A stretch of DNA of 64,000 bases, taken from positions 52,514,001-52,578,000 of the forward strand of contig OX597828.1 of NCBI GenBank assembly GCA_951406725.2, given 5' to 3'. Below are positions 40,485-54,354 of this stretch, piece after piece. Within the stretch, counting starts at the first letter, position 1, and the number at the start of each line of letters is the position of its first letter. The notes below the pieces were generated by a model. The model saw nothing but the letters and a program-made list of their open reading frames with translations. It had not been told where the DNA came from and ran no database searches. The stretch is from Octopus vulgaris. Taxonomy: Eukaryota. A program made the translations under genes and the position numbers.

Positions 40485-40887
40485 CGTGGAACCCACTCCG
40501 TTGCCAAACATTCGAGCCGGGTTTCCAGTCTCAGGATATCCCACCCGCTTCACTCTTTCCCCCCTCTCTCTCCCCCTCTCTCTTCTCCCTCTCTCTCTTT
40601 CTGTCCCCCCTCTCTCTCTCTCTCCTTGGATCTTGGATTCCCTGTCCCAAGTTCTGGGCGCAACATGATAGATAATGATAAATAAATAACACTACAAAGT
40701 TTACTTTTACTTGTCTTCGGTCAGTAAGTGTTATTTCCTATTTGTTTCTATCTAAAAATCAAAGGAAACGACTACTATTCCCTTCAAATTTTGCTTTTAT
40801 GATCTGGACATCAATGTTGTGAACTGACCTATTTCCCGTTACATTTCAGACAGATTCAGCGCTGAGTTGCTGAAGTGGAAATATCGT

Positions 40888-41050
40888 TATAGCAAATATT
40901 CTACTCAATTCCACAGGTTTGTTTGTCAGTTGTTTGATCTTAACCTCTTGAGCGTGCCCCGGTCAATATGAGCATCTCTGATCATGAGCAGCATTTGTGG
41001 GGTAACATCATAGCCATGGACTGAGAGAGATTCTTGGAGATTTGAATAAA
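40888..41050 (+). mobile_element. Diverged fragment of the 48682-49210 element in opposite orientation
   Basis: AGCAAATATTCT..CATCTCTGATCA..CATCATAGCCATG..TTTGAATAA is the reverse complement of about 48965-49135. Confidence 0.65.
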
Positions 41051-41732
41051 TGTAACAAAATCAATATTTGAAGGAAATATTAGCTATTTTTCATACTTGT
41101 TAGGGGTAAGCAAATAGGAATAAAAGTTCTTACCCGAGGACAAAAATCCTATTACACGGTGTAATTTAATATATACGTATTGTATGTACCTAACGTGTAT
41201 GTGGCTACTTTGTCATACACAGGGAGTTTAATTATTGAATTTCATTCGATGCGATAAGTATATAGTGCAGACTGCGTGGAAAATGTTACAATGTGTAAGA
41301 TCTAATTTAATTAAAGACTCTAATTAAATTAAAGCGAAGATTCATTTATGTCAATATCAATTGTCTCTTAAATATTAAATATTTATATGAAAACATTGTA
41401 AAGGGAAGTGGCCTAGATGCAAGGTGTACTCATCTCAGGATAATTAGATCGTCTGTTCAATACCTGGTCAGGTCAGCGTGTTGCATTCTTGAGAAAGGCT
41501 TTTTATTTCACGTAACACAAGTAAACTTCGCTCTATTTTAGTAGTATTCTCCTGAATATGCCATTGCGGGAAAAGTGAAAAGGCCGAGATTGTGTTTGTG
41601 TGTACTTCCGACTACATAGGCACCCAAAAGAATCACCAAACCTTGGCACAAGCTACCAGATCACATTCGCTCATAAGTAACATCTTACTATTGTTCTCTA
41701 ATAACTTTGGCGACTTTAAACTTTTTCTTAAT

Positions 41733-41942
41733 ACTCTTTACTCTTTTACTTGTTTCAGTCATTTGACTGTGGCCATGCTGGAGCACCGCGTTTAGTCGAG
41801 CAAATCTTTGTAAGCGTAGCACTTATTCTATCAGTCTCTTTTACCGAACCGCTAAGTTACGGGGACGTAAACACACTAGCATCGGTTTTCAAGCGAGATG
41901 TTGGGGACACATAGACACAAATATATACACACACACACATAC

Positions 41943-41991
<49 letters not shown>

Positions 41992-42153
41992 ACGGGCTTC
42001 TTTCAGTTTCCGTCTACCATATTCACTCACAAGTCTTTGGTCGGTCCGAGGCTATAGTAGAAGACACTTGCCCAATGTGCCACACATTGGGACTGAACCC
42101 GGAACAATGTGGTTCGTCAGCAAGCTACTTACCTTACAGCCACTCCTACGCCT
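41733..42153 (-). mobile_element. CORE-type SINE
   Basis: Full-length similarity. Confidence 0.88.
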
Positions 42154-42711
42154 ATATTATTGATAATTGAAATAAGCATCAGATATGCTTTGCCCCAACC
42201 AGAAACTACAGGAGTTACTCAGAGTTTTTGCAAGATCTTCTAAATGTATTGCAATACTGAAAATCCTTCCGTAGGAACCTCAGGGTCACAGGTGTTTCGA
42301 ACTTATTATTTTCGTAAGAAGAATTATATTCACTACAGACAATTATCGTAATGAAACTTGAATTCCCCACAAAGGATAGAGAACTTTTGTAGACCTGTAA
42401 GCAGCGCATTTTGATTTTCTTTGGATGATACGTTTTAGAAGGAGTGACCAAGTTTAAATCCTGTTTAGCAACTGGACTTGTCTATTCGTATATAACAGGT
42501 ATTTTGAATATATATTACGAAAATGTAGGAGTATTTTATTCTGCATATTTCTCCTCACCCGGTAACGTTCTGGTTCAAAATGACACTAGCATAAATTGCT
42601 CCACACTTCAGTGGTGATACAAGGGCGTAGGATTAAAAGTCGTTCGTATAAAGACTACGAACATGCATTAATGACCAATATAGATTGGTTGCTTACTGTC
42701 AAGGAATGGTG

Positions 42712-43126
42712 ACTCTCGTTTACTCGTTTACTTGTTTCAGTCATTTGACTGCGGCCATGCTGGAGCACCGCCTTTAGTCGAGCAAATCGACCCCGGGACT
42801 TATTCTTTGTAAGCCCAGTACTTATTCTATCGGTCTCTTTTGCTGAACCGCTAAGTTACGGGGACGTAAACACACCAGCATCGGTTGTCAACAAATGCTA
42901 GGGGGGACAAACAGATACACAAACATATACACACACACATACATATGTATATATACATATATACGACAGGCTTCTTTCAGTTTTTGTCTACCAAATCCAC
43001 TCACAAGGCATTGGTCGGCCCGAGGCTATAGCAGAAGACACTTGCCCAAGGTGCCACGCAGTGGGACTGAACCCGGAACCATGTGGTTGGTTAGCAAGCT
43101 ACTTACCACACAGCCACTTCTGCGCC
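42712..43126 (-). mobile_element. CORE-type SINE, young copy
   Basis: Full-length similarity. Confidence 0.9.
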
Positions 43127-43344
43127 TTTTTTAATTCCTGATTCACTACGGTCTTTCACCTTTTGTCATCTTAAATACAATATCTTTCATTTCCCATATG
43201 TCTGTTTGAACTAGAATAGCATGCTGTCTGATGTCTAAATCATTCATTGTTTAATGTATGTCATAGAATGAAGGTTTGCATCCAGATTAAGATTTCGCAT
43301 TGTATCTGTTAAAAGAATTTTGTTAGTCCACCATCTTCATCGTT

Positions 43345-43748
43345 TAATTGTTTCAGCCATTAGGCTGTCAATGCTGGGGTACCATCTTGAAGGATTTGGT
43401 AAAAAAAAAAAAAATCGACCCCAGAACTTATGGTTTTTAAACGTGGTACTCATTTTATCGTCCCTTTTGCTGAACCGCTAGACGGGAGGATATAAAGAAA
43501 CAAACACCGGTTGTCAAGCGTAGGCGGGAAAGACGCACAAACACAAAAGTAAGCACACACGCACATGCATATATATATATACACGACACGCTTCTTTCAG
43601 TTTCAGTCTAGCAAATCTACTCAGAAGGCGTTGGTCAATCTAGATCTACAGAAGAAGACACTTGCTTAAGGTGCTTACGTAGTGGATCTGAACCCAGAAC
43701 CATGTGGTTGTAAAGAAAATTTCTTACCTCAAAGCCACTCCAGTGCCT
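43345..43748 (-). mobile_element. CORE-type SINE, old diverged copy
   Basis: Similarity with many substitutions. Confidence 0.75.
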
Positions 43749-45121
43749 AAAATATGTGTATTTGCATGAATGTGTTTGTATATATGTGTGGGTGTGGGAG
43801 AGAGAGAGAGTTCGTGCGCGCGTGTGTGTGTGTGTGTGTATTTGTATACAATCGTAGAAATTGCATGTTTATTTACATTGCACACAAACACACACACACA
43901 CATCAAAACACAGAATCAAGTTCGCATACAACCCTTACGCACACATTGACACGCACACTGACACATTTCTTTCACACACACACACACACACATACACACG
44001 CGCGCGCAAACGTTTAATATTTATAATTGAAGAAAATTTCAATTTTTTAATCTCTTCAAAATTGCTATTGATATCATTTAACTGATTCTATTCTGCAGAT
44101 GGAGGGGCTGCTGCTGATCGGTGGTGGGGGCGGCGATGCACTGAATGCGGGAAGGTGATGTATTAGGGCAAGTAGGGTAGGATGGATTGTGTGTTAGTTG
44201 CCCCATTGTAGGGGTAGTATTCATGATAGGAGTGTGTAGTTGAAGATAAGGTAATGCCCGTGGGATGTGTATGTATGTGTGTGCATGTGTATGTATGTGT
44301 GTGCATGTGTGAGTGTGTGTGTGTGTGGTGAATGTGGTGTATGATAAGGACAGGGCTGGATCTTTGGTACGTACATACACCTGTGTATGTGTATATGTGT
44401 GCGTGTTTTTATGCTGTATGTGTATGTATGATGTAGGTTTCTGGTTGCTGTTTAACCTCGGGAAGACTGATAAATCTGACCTATGACGAAACAAGTTCCA
44501 AATACGATCATCCATTTTCTTTTTCCTTTGTCTACCCAGAACCATCTTTCCGGATGCCTCCATCCTTTACTTTACACGGTACGAAGTATTTCGAGAGTGA
44601 TAGGACTGCTATTTAAAGCCGGTCAAACCTGACTTAAGGATAGTGTTGTTTGCTTTATTATCTCGATGCGATGCAATGGTGCTCTTGGTGCTGGTGATAT
44701 GGTAAAATACAAGTTGTAGTATAGGCACATAGGTGAAGGAGCAACGATCCCTGATGAAGCAGGAAAAATACCGAAACAACGGGATCAATTTTCTTGATTT
44801 CCCTCGTCACCAGGAGAAAACATGAGGTTAAATACTGTATATTATTTTTGATACGTGGTTATACATGTGAGACGAAATACTAATATTACCAACCAGCTGG
44901 AGAGATCTCACGTGTAACTTGCCTTCCTAGAAATAGTTACCAAATCTCCTTTAAATCACACTCAACCCTCTCAAATATGACGAACGTTTTGGATAATGCA
45001 TTTGATTCTTCTATTTCTGCTCAATCAGGACAACCCTTGGGCTAAATAACAGGCGTCCTTTAGCTTATTCTCTGCTTTCTTTTTATCATCCTCTTTCATG
45101 GGATACTCAGCATCATCGCTT

Positions 45122-45340
45122 CCACCACCACCACCACAACAACAACAACAACTACAATATTCACCACCATTAAAACCACCATCACCATTATCATCACCAC
45201 CACCAGTTAATCCTACTCGCCAGACACACCGCTTTTATTAAGAATATTCACCGTCATCATCATCACCACCATCATCACCATCATCATCATCATCGTCATA
45301 ATCATCATCATCATCATCATCATCGTATCATCATCATCAA

Positions 45341-45375
<35 letters not shown>

Positions 45376-45560
45376 CTCTCATCCTCGTCGTCGTAGTCGT
45401 TATTGTTGCAGCCATTATCTCCGTCCCCATCGTCATCATAATTATCATCATTACCAAGAACAACAATAACATCATCATGGTCATTATCATTATCGTTGTT
45501 GTCGTCGACGTCATTGCCGAAGTCCCCACCATCGAGATCATCATCATTATCATCATCAAC
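45122..45560. repeat. Degenerate (CAC)/(CAT)n array
   Basis: Directly visible. Confidence 0.9.
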
Positions 45561-45956
45561 AACTTCCACTTCCATTTTTGTCTTTATTCCTTTTCCTCCC
45601 CCCAACACCACCACTTCAGCTTAACCACCTCTGTGCATCCCCTTTTACCCACATCCGCTCCCTTACATCCTTCTCTTCTTTCTCCTACTCCCCCGCCCCT
45701 TCTATTATCCCTCACCTTCTGACACTTTTCTACTGCCACCATCACCTCTCCTTCCCTCTCTCTCTCTTATATTTCACCCTTCTTTTTACCGAAGTCTCTT
45801 CTCCTACCTCTACTTCCTTAACCCCCCATCTCTTACTCTGCAAGGGTCTTGTCCCTTCATCGCAGCTTGGTGCTCCACCAAACAACGGAAAGGTGCAGTT
45901 AGTGTCCCAACTATTAAAGACGGGATGACTTACAAGAATGAAGTCACTAAGACAAG

Positions 45957-46508
45957 ATGGTGGTGGTGGTGGTGGTGGTGGAGGTGATGGTTTTGATGGT
46001 AGTGATGGTTTTGGTGGTGGTTGTGGTTGTGGTGGTGGTGGTGGTGGTGGGTGGTGGTGGTGGTGGTGGTGGTGGTGGTGGTGGTGGCGGTGGTAGTGGT
46101 GGTGGTTTTGGTGGTGGTTGTGGTGGAGGTGGTGGTTTTGGTGGTGGTGATGGTTTTGTGGTTGTGGTAGTGGGCGATGGTGGTGGTGGAGTTAGTGGTA
46201 GTGATGGTGGTAGTAGAGGTGTTGGTTGTGGTGGTTTTGGTGGTTGTACTGGTTGTGGTGGTGGTGCTGCTGCTGCTGCTGCTGCTGGTTTTGGTGGTAG
46301 AGGTGGCGGTGGTGGTGCTGCTGCTGCTGCTACTGGTTTTCGTGGTGGAGGTTGTGGTGGTGGTGGTGGTTTTCGTGGTGGGGGTGGTACTGCTGCTGCT
46401 GCTGGTTTTGGTGGTGGTGGTGGTATGGTGGTGGTGGTGGTGGTGGTGGTGGTGGTGGTGGTGGTGGTGGTGGTGGTGGTGGTGGTGGTGGTGGTGATGG
46501 TGGTGGTG
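45957..46508. repeat. Degenerate (GGT)n/(GCT)n array
   Basis: Directly visible. Confidence 0.9.
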
Positions 46509-46569
46509 TAGACCGAAGACAGCTACATAACCATATTAGATACTGTGCGACGTCATCCGTAATTATTAA

Positions 46570-46790
46570 GGCGGTGAGCTGGCAGAATCGTTAGCAAGCC
46601 AGGTAAAATGCTTTGTGGCATTTCGTCCGTCTTTGTGTTCTGAGCTCAAATTCCGCCGTAGTCGACTTTATATTGTATCCTTTCGTAATCGAGAAAATAA
46701 GTAGCAGTGGAATACTGGGGTCGACATAATCGATTTAAATCTCCTCCAAAATTTCAGGCCATGTACCTATGGTAGAAAAGATTAATTATT
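46570..46790 (+). mobile_element. Deu/Nin-type SINE (diverged)
   Basis: Head plus Nin-like domain. Confidence 0.8.
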
Positions 46791-46842
46791 AGAAAGTTAA
46801 TTCATTTGATTGCTTGAATAATGAATAGCAACAATATCAATT

Positions 46843-47051
46843 TCAAATTTTGGCACAAGGCCAGCAATATCGGGGGAGTGGGTAAGTCGATTACATCGAC
46901 CCCAGTGATCAACTGGTACTTATTTTATCGACCCTAAAATGATAAAAGCTAAATTCGACCTCGGCGGGATTTGAACTCAGAACGTAAAGATAGACGACGA
47001 AATGCCGTAAGCATTTTGTTCGGTGTGCAAACGATTCTACCAGCTCGCCGT
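46843..47051 (-). mobile_element. Deu/Nin-type SINE, inverted relative to its neighbour
   Basis: Head plus Nin-like domain. Confidence 0.8.
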
Positions 47052-47732
47052 CTTCAAGAGCTCTACTGTCTCTGGGCCAAACAAACAAGAATTTTCTAAT
47101 GTGATCAATGGATATGACATCGTTACGCCAGAAACTGAGGGAGCTCTTACCGAAATAAGGGAACACAGTTTACTGAGATGGGTGACTTTTCTTCTGGGAA
47201 CCAACAACGGGTCAAATCAAAGTGATACAGTAAATGAAATCACCCGACCTTGTAGAAAGAGTAACCACATTTCTCATAGATTAGATCCTACTGTATTAAG
47301 AATCGGAAATCATGTTCCTTTTGTCATTATCACTATTATTGTTTGTCTCTTCAGGTCAACCTTTACTTACCAGGCCTATCACTAAAGGTTTTCCAGCTGT
47401 GATCAATTCATCGCTTTATGTGTATTTGCTACAACATTATCCAATGTAACTAGTTCCCTAACGTGTGATTTGAGGGAGATTTGGCTGCTATTTAGAGCAA
47501 TTCTAGAGACCACGCCGATGATTCCTTCATGATTTGCCATCCATTTATTATTTTACCTTGGTGTTGTTTACAGTTAGTCTCTGATGGAATGTTATTCCGA
47601 ATATCCCAACAACTGTAAGACTTTTTTTTTTAACTTTCTCTTTACAAATGTCCTAAATATACCACACAGCCTTAGTTTGTCTCATTATATTTAACACACA
47701 CAACACACAACATGCTCACACACATACACACA

Positions 47733-47766
<34 letters not shown>

Positions 47767-47795
47767 GTATTATTGTTATTATTATTATTATAATC

Positions 47796-48655
47796 ATTGC
47801 CTTTGCACGGCTTCTAACGCTGTAGATATACTACGGTGTCAGCTGTTCACTACCAGTGAACTAAGGTAACACCTCTTAATTTTTCGAGCATCTTCCGGAG
47901 TATTCGAGCGGTTCTAAGCAGTGCTGTTTTCTGCAAGTGTTCCACCTTTATTGCAGCCCCTATTTGTTCCACGTACTTCTCGAGATTTTTGCTCACTGTT
48001 TCCAGGGCTCCGACAATTATTGGTACTACTGCTACTTTTTTCATCGACCACAACTGCTTAACTTCCCAAGCTAGCTTGTCATATCTCTCGACTTTTCTTT
48101 CTTCCGTATCGCATACCTTGTTGTCAGCTGGGTTTGCTATATCTATGATTCAGCATATTTTGTTTCCTTTCTCAATTAAGACTATGTCCGGCTTCCTATT
48201 CTCTATCTCATCGTCGCACTGAATTATGAAAATCCCATAGGATCTTTGCATTTCTATTTTCGACGATGTCTTCAGGTTTGTGGTCGTACCAATTATTTGC
48301 ACTGTCAAGTCCATACTTGTTGCAAATTATCCAATGGACAAGCCTGGCTATATTGTCGTGACGTCTCTTATATTCCTTCTGGGCTAGTGGCGTACATTGA
48401 CTGGTAATATGCCATACGGTTTCACAGCACTTTCTGATGAGCTGTCTATTCTGTATTTTATGTAGTTTGTTCTTAGTGCTTGCTCTTGGGCAGCACAGAT
48501 TAGAGCCTCCATTTCCGGTTTTAAATCACTTTTAGTCATCCTCAGCTACCTTTTTCTCTGTCTGTCTTATCTTCAACATCCCAATGAAATTGACCATGCA
48601 TTCTTTTCTTTACGCACCCATTTTCAGTTTCATTCGTTTTTAATTTCTTGTATAG
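47796..48655 (-). mobile_element. Second, decayed R4/Dong-clade LINE 3' fragment flanked by (TAA)n
   Basis: EALICAAQEQALRTNYIK, YKRRHDNIARLVHW, PDIVLIEK..IIDIA.P, VVPIIVGALETV..QKTALLRTARILRK. Confidence 0.85.
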
Positions 48656-48681
48656 TACATTATATTATTATTATTATTATT

Positions 48682-49209
48682 GAGTGAGAGAGCAGTGCAT
48701 GCCATCAAAGTGACACTGGGGTAAAATATACGAAGCCCAGTATACCCATCATGACTACCCGTCTGATAAGGGTACACTAGGCACATGCATCACAGCCATA
48801 TGTGCGCGACATGGTGATCTCATATCAAAATAAACAGCACATGACCTTGCAGGTGGGGCCCAGTTAGAATTTTCTTCAGGTCGAGTAACCCATCCCACTC
48901 GAAAGGTCCCTGAATAAGGGTTGTTTAAGGATGTTGAACGAAACACCCATGTTTCCAGAGGTGAATTATTCAAACCCCAAAGAATCCCTCTCAACACATG
49001 GCTATGATGCTCCCCCACTACTTCTGCTCGTGATCAGAGATGCACATATCGTCAGCCACTAAGGGACATGCTCAACTGGTTAAAGTCAAACAACAGACAA
49101 GCAAATCTGTGGTATTGAGCAGAATATTTGCTGTAGCCCATCTTTTATACCAAGACAAAACAATGTACATGATAACACTTCCAATTAGTTAAGATCAGAA
49201 GCCATGAGA

Positions 49210-49210
<1 letters not shown>
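48682..49210. mobile_element. About 530-bp non-coding interspersed element bounded by (TTA)n on both sides
   Basis: (TTA)n at about 48664-48681 and 49211-49280; diverged partial copy at 40888-41050. Confidence 0.65.
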
Positions 49211-49271
<61 letters not shown>

Positions 49272-49377
49272 CATTATTATTTCATATAAATCCGTGGATG
49301 GGCTATGAGGAACCGTAAACTAGGATCGTACCAAAAGAGAGCTTATGAAATATTTTGCCCAGATTGATAATCTCTCA

Positions 49378-49453
<76 letters not shown>

Positions 49454-49468
49454 CTGCATATACATATG

Positions 49469-49510
<42 letters not shown>

Positions 49511-49571
49511 GCATGTTGCATAGGTGCATATATATGTATGTATGCGTTCGTATATGTAAGTATTCGTATGT

Positions 49572-49636
<65 letters not shown>

Positions 49637-49657
49637 TTATGTTTCTCTCTGTATATA

Positions 49658-49714
49658 TCCCACTGATGAGGCAAAGCATTTCTAAATGCAAAGTCTGAAA
49701 TCCGGAATCTGGAA
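49658..49714 (+). ncRNA. Hammerhead-like motif in a short element between (TA)n tracts
   Basis: TCCCA-CTGATGA-GGC aaa GCATT tcta AATGC aaa GTCT-GAAAT-CCGGA-ATC-TGGAA. Confidence 0.55.
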
Positions 49715-49851
49715 TTATCCAGTAATTTTTTACTAGTTTTATTTTATTTTTGTCTTCTCTCCTTGTGCTATATGAACACTTAATATGGTCTTAGAACCAG
49801 ATCCTGGCTGCTATTTTCAGCATGGTGGTATCTCGTAGATACCCTAAGTTA

Positions 49852-49918
<67 letters not shown>

Positions 49919-50671
49919 ATATACATACATACATAGAGAGAGAGCTAAATAGATAGATAGAGAAAAAGTTAGTTAGATAGATAAATAGATAGACAGATAA
50001 ACTGTAGCAAAGTGGTCACGTGAAGTAATGCGGATATAATGAAGGAAAGGAAGAAAGAAAAATAGGAAAGAAACAGGAAAGGTGAAGACTAATGAAGGAG
50101 AAATTTTACTGGCGAAAGACGAGCGGGAAACGTGGACTACGCGATATACAATGTACCCTTATAATGTCTTCCGTGTACTGTGAGGTCAAGGAGTGACATG
50201 GATGGCTTGGCTACTCATCAGAGATCTTTCGAAAGATGAGGACTTGTCAAAGGGTTTCTGACACCCAAGCCTTACCGGATGGAATAAGCAAGTGTTAATA
50301 GAATCCATGGGGGAAAGAGGGCGAGACGAAAAGAGGGGAATAAGGAAATGAAAAAAGGGTAGCGCATGCGCGCGCATGAGAGAAATAGGGAGTCACAAAG
50401 AGGAAGATAGAGACTGGGTAGGATTAATTACTGTCTTCCTCATCAGGTACATGAGGGGAGGTAAAGGCATGTATGTATATATTGGAGTGAGTGTACATGT
50501 ATAGAGGAGTTTATGGATATATATTGTTAGAAATATGTATATGTTATGTACATATTTTATAAATGTATGTATACATCTCTCTCTCTCTCTTTCCCTCTTT
50601 CTCTCTCACTCTCTTTATATATATCTGCCTAAGTAGTAAGTTTCATATGTACGTGAATGTCTATATAGGTG

Positions 50672-50707
<36 letters not shown>

Positions 50708-50719
50708 ATACATATATAT

Positions 50720-50792
50720 AGGTAATAATTATTTAAAACTATAAATTAGAGTATAAGGTACCTTAATTTATAGTTTTAAGTAATTATTACCT
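50720..50792. repeat. 29-bp inverted repeat next to (TA)n
   Basis: 50720-50748 / 50764-50792, one mismatch. Confidence 0.8.
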
Positions 50793-50870
50793 GTGTGTGG
50801 TATTTATTCCCATGCTGGCCACATGATAAGATCGATACTTAAACATCGATATTATCCTTATTTATAAATT

Positions 50871-50942
<72 letters not shown>

Positions 50943-51545
50943 ATATATACACACATACATATATACATATATATGCATGTTTGTGTGTCTGTGTTTGCAT
51001 GTGTAATTGTGTGTGTAAATATGTATATATTTTATATACTCACACATATATGTATGTACAAACATATATATAGATGTGTGAGTGAGTGTGTGTATGTGTG
51101 TGTGCGTGTGTGTGTGTGTATTGTGGAAGGAGTAAAGTGTCAAAGTGGTGCAGGGTTTCGCGCCACTGAATACACTTGTGAAAGTTTGCTCAGTGCATTG
51201 TCACAAAAATCTTGGATGTCTGAGTCACCTCAGATCCTCGCTCAATAAAAATATAATCCTCTTCATGTATGGAGAAGTATTTCTCCCGCTTTCTCTGCTT
51301 TCCCGCTTCTCAAAGCACAAGCGCACGTTCAGTTCATACACAAATACACATGCACACACATTCACATGCATGCAAACATACGCACTCACACACAAACACA
51401 CACACACGCACGCACACACATCTATATACATATACACACACACCCACACACATACAAGCTTCTAAACATATATCTTTGTGTGTGTACTTGTGTGTGTCTG
51501 TGCGTGCGTGTGTGTGTGTGCGTGTGTGTCTGTGTGTGTGTGTGT

Positions 51546-51605
<60 letters not shown>

Positions 51606-51634
51606 ATACATATATATATATGAATATATATAAC

Positions 51635-51977
51635 TTGTTTTAGATCTCTGAGCGAGAGATATACAATATAAGTACCGAATGGTAAAGTTTGTTTGCCAAA
51701 GTGTTGTGGCAGTCTTATACAAGGACGATTTTACTGTCTTATAACCCTCAGGAAAACAAGTTTTCCAGTAGGCTACCAACACACAGTTTGTGCCCGTACA
51801 CTATATGCAAGGGAGGTCATCGCTCCTATCTCTAGCCTTGCGTGATACGCACACAGTTGCTGATCTCATAAAGAGAAAAACAATTTGTTTTAAATCTCTG
51901 AGCAAGAGATTATGCAGTAACAGTACCGAATGGTAAAAGATTATTTGCCAACATAATGAAGCAGTCCAAGACAAGAC
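51635..51977. repeat. Diverged direct duplication of about 90 bp, about 250 bp apart
   Basis: ATCTCTGAGC..AGAGAT..AGTACCGAATGGTAAA..TTTGCCAA..GCAGTC occurs twice. Confidence 0.7.
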
Positions 51978-52369
51978 AGTAACATCGCGCACGTTCTTCT
52001 GAGTGTGTGAATGTACGTGTGCGAGTGTGCGAGTGTGTGAGTGTGCATTTGCGTGAATATGTACGTCTATTTAACCTCACCTTACAAAACACTTTTCACA
52101 ACACTATACAATCTTACCAAGAACATTATCACGTGACACTGCATTTACTCATCTGAAACGGTTCAAAAGCCCCCAGGCTTTGTTACAAATACATTAAAAA
52201 TAATTACAAAATGTATTTCAAGTCAACGAAATTGTTTCAAGTTTTCTTTTCTTTCCTTCTTTCTTTCTTATTCCTAGATTTTTTTTTTTCATTTTTCATA
52301 AGAATTCTTAGTCAATGGCTTTTATCTATTTATTTTATTTTCTATTTTCTTTTTACTTGCACCTCTGTC

Positions 52370-52772
<403 letters not shown>

Positions 52773-53479
52773 CATCTTTCCCTTTCTGACTCTCCATCTT
52801 ATCCTTTCTGTAATCTCTCTTTCACATATTCCGTATAACCTGTTCGTTTTCTCTCATTCCTCTTTCCTCTCTCCCTTTTTCAGTCTGTCTTCTTTTCCTT
52901 TCTTCTTCTTGCCCTTCTTTTCCATGTTCTCCTTTCTACCTATTTTCTTTGTATGCTCCTTATACCGTTATTTCATTTTATTTCAAATTACTTTCTCTAT
53001 ATTTCGTTTTTTTTTTTCTGGTTTGCAAAATGTTTTCCTTCCACTCACAAGTCTCTCCTTCTCGGCCCTTCTCTCACACTCTCTCATTCTCTTTCTCTCT
53101 CACCCTAGAATGATTGGGTTATGGTGTTTGATGCCATACAGAAACTTTTTTCAAATTTCTATCGGTCAATCTGGTTTTATACCACTGTGTGTGTATTTGT
53201 GTGTACGTGTGCGTGTTTCTCTGTCTGTCTGTCTGTCTGTATGTATGTATGTATGAATGAATGTATAATGTACGTTTGTATGTACACACACACCAACATA
53301 CACACACACCAACACACGCACACATATGGTGGAAGAAAATAATTCGATTAGCGACCGAGCAAGATTACGTTCCACACCCATTTCACTTTGAGAAACATCT
53401 CAATTTGGTCTCATACGGATGCTAATTCCTGTAAGTGACTTACAAGCCATTCCACACCGACTGTAATTTAGTTATCTCA

Positions 53480-53599
53480 GTACCGAAAGGAGGAAAGGCA
53501 AAGTCGACCACGGCGGAATTTGAACTCAGAACGTAACAGCAGACGAAATACGGCTACGCATTTCGCCCGGCGTACTAACGTTTCTGCCAGCTCGCCGCC
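53480..53599 (-). mobile_element. Deu/Nin-type SINE 5' part
   Basis: Near-identical to 45-156. Confidence 0.8.
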
Positions 53600-53724
53600 T
53601 TAAATGGGTTATAGCTGAATGTGCCAATAGTTGGTTCAGAACTGTGCAGCACAGCATCCACTCAAAGCAAATTCACGAACAAGAACTTCTTGGACTCTCG
53701 GAACGGTGCACTAATGTACAAATC

Positions 53725-53782
53725 CGACCAAAGCCTTGTGAGTGGATTTGGGTGACAGAAATTGAAAGAAGCCCGTCGCATG

Positions 53783-53815
<33 letters not shown>

Positions 53816-54000
53816 CTGTGTGTGTGTGTGTGTGTTTATGTCTGTATTTGTCCTCTCACCATCACTTGACAACCGATGCTGGTGTGTTTACGTTCCTGTA
53901 ACTAAGTGGTTCAATAGAATAAGTAATAGGCTTACAAAAGAATAAGTTCCGGTGCACCAGCATGGCCGCAGTCAAATGACTGAAACAAGTAAAAGAGTAA
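53725..54000 (+). mobile_element. CORE-type SINE, 5'-truncated
   Basis: Body and tail similarity. Confidence 0.75.
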
Positions 54001-54320
54001 ATATAAAGCCTTCGACGTTGGGAGCGTAAGTGAAGCATAAAGGCCTACCAGGGTGGGAACATATAATTGCTAATTTACAGGTAGACGGCTTGGGATATTG
54101 GTTGCCTCATCTTCAAATGTGGTAATGGAAGGATTCGGCAGCACCCGGCGTGACGGGGCAGCCCTTTCCAGAGTTAACATTGATCATCAGGTGCAAGGGG
54201 GTACTTAGTAAAAGGGATCTAAACAGTGCTTGCCACTGTGAAACTGGCCGGTACTTCGTAACTCGTGGTTTTTCATCACGCGTACCAAATACAAATGTTC
54301 AACAAGCATCTGAGTTAAAT

Positions 54321-54354
<34 letters not shown>

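Noticed and set aside
44746-44786. GATCC-CTGATGA...GAAAC...GGATC hammerhead candidate
   Set aside because: Stem I and the core are present, but there is no NUH triplet or credible stem II; at most a dead relic
45213-46594. Asp-rich and Gly-rich ORFs
   Set aside because: Products of (CAT)n and (GGT)n arrays that are open in several frames; no splice or domain support
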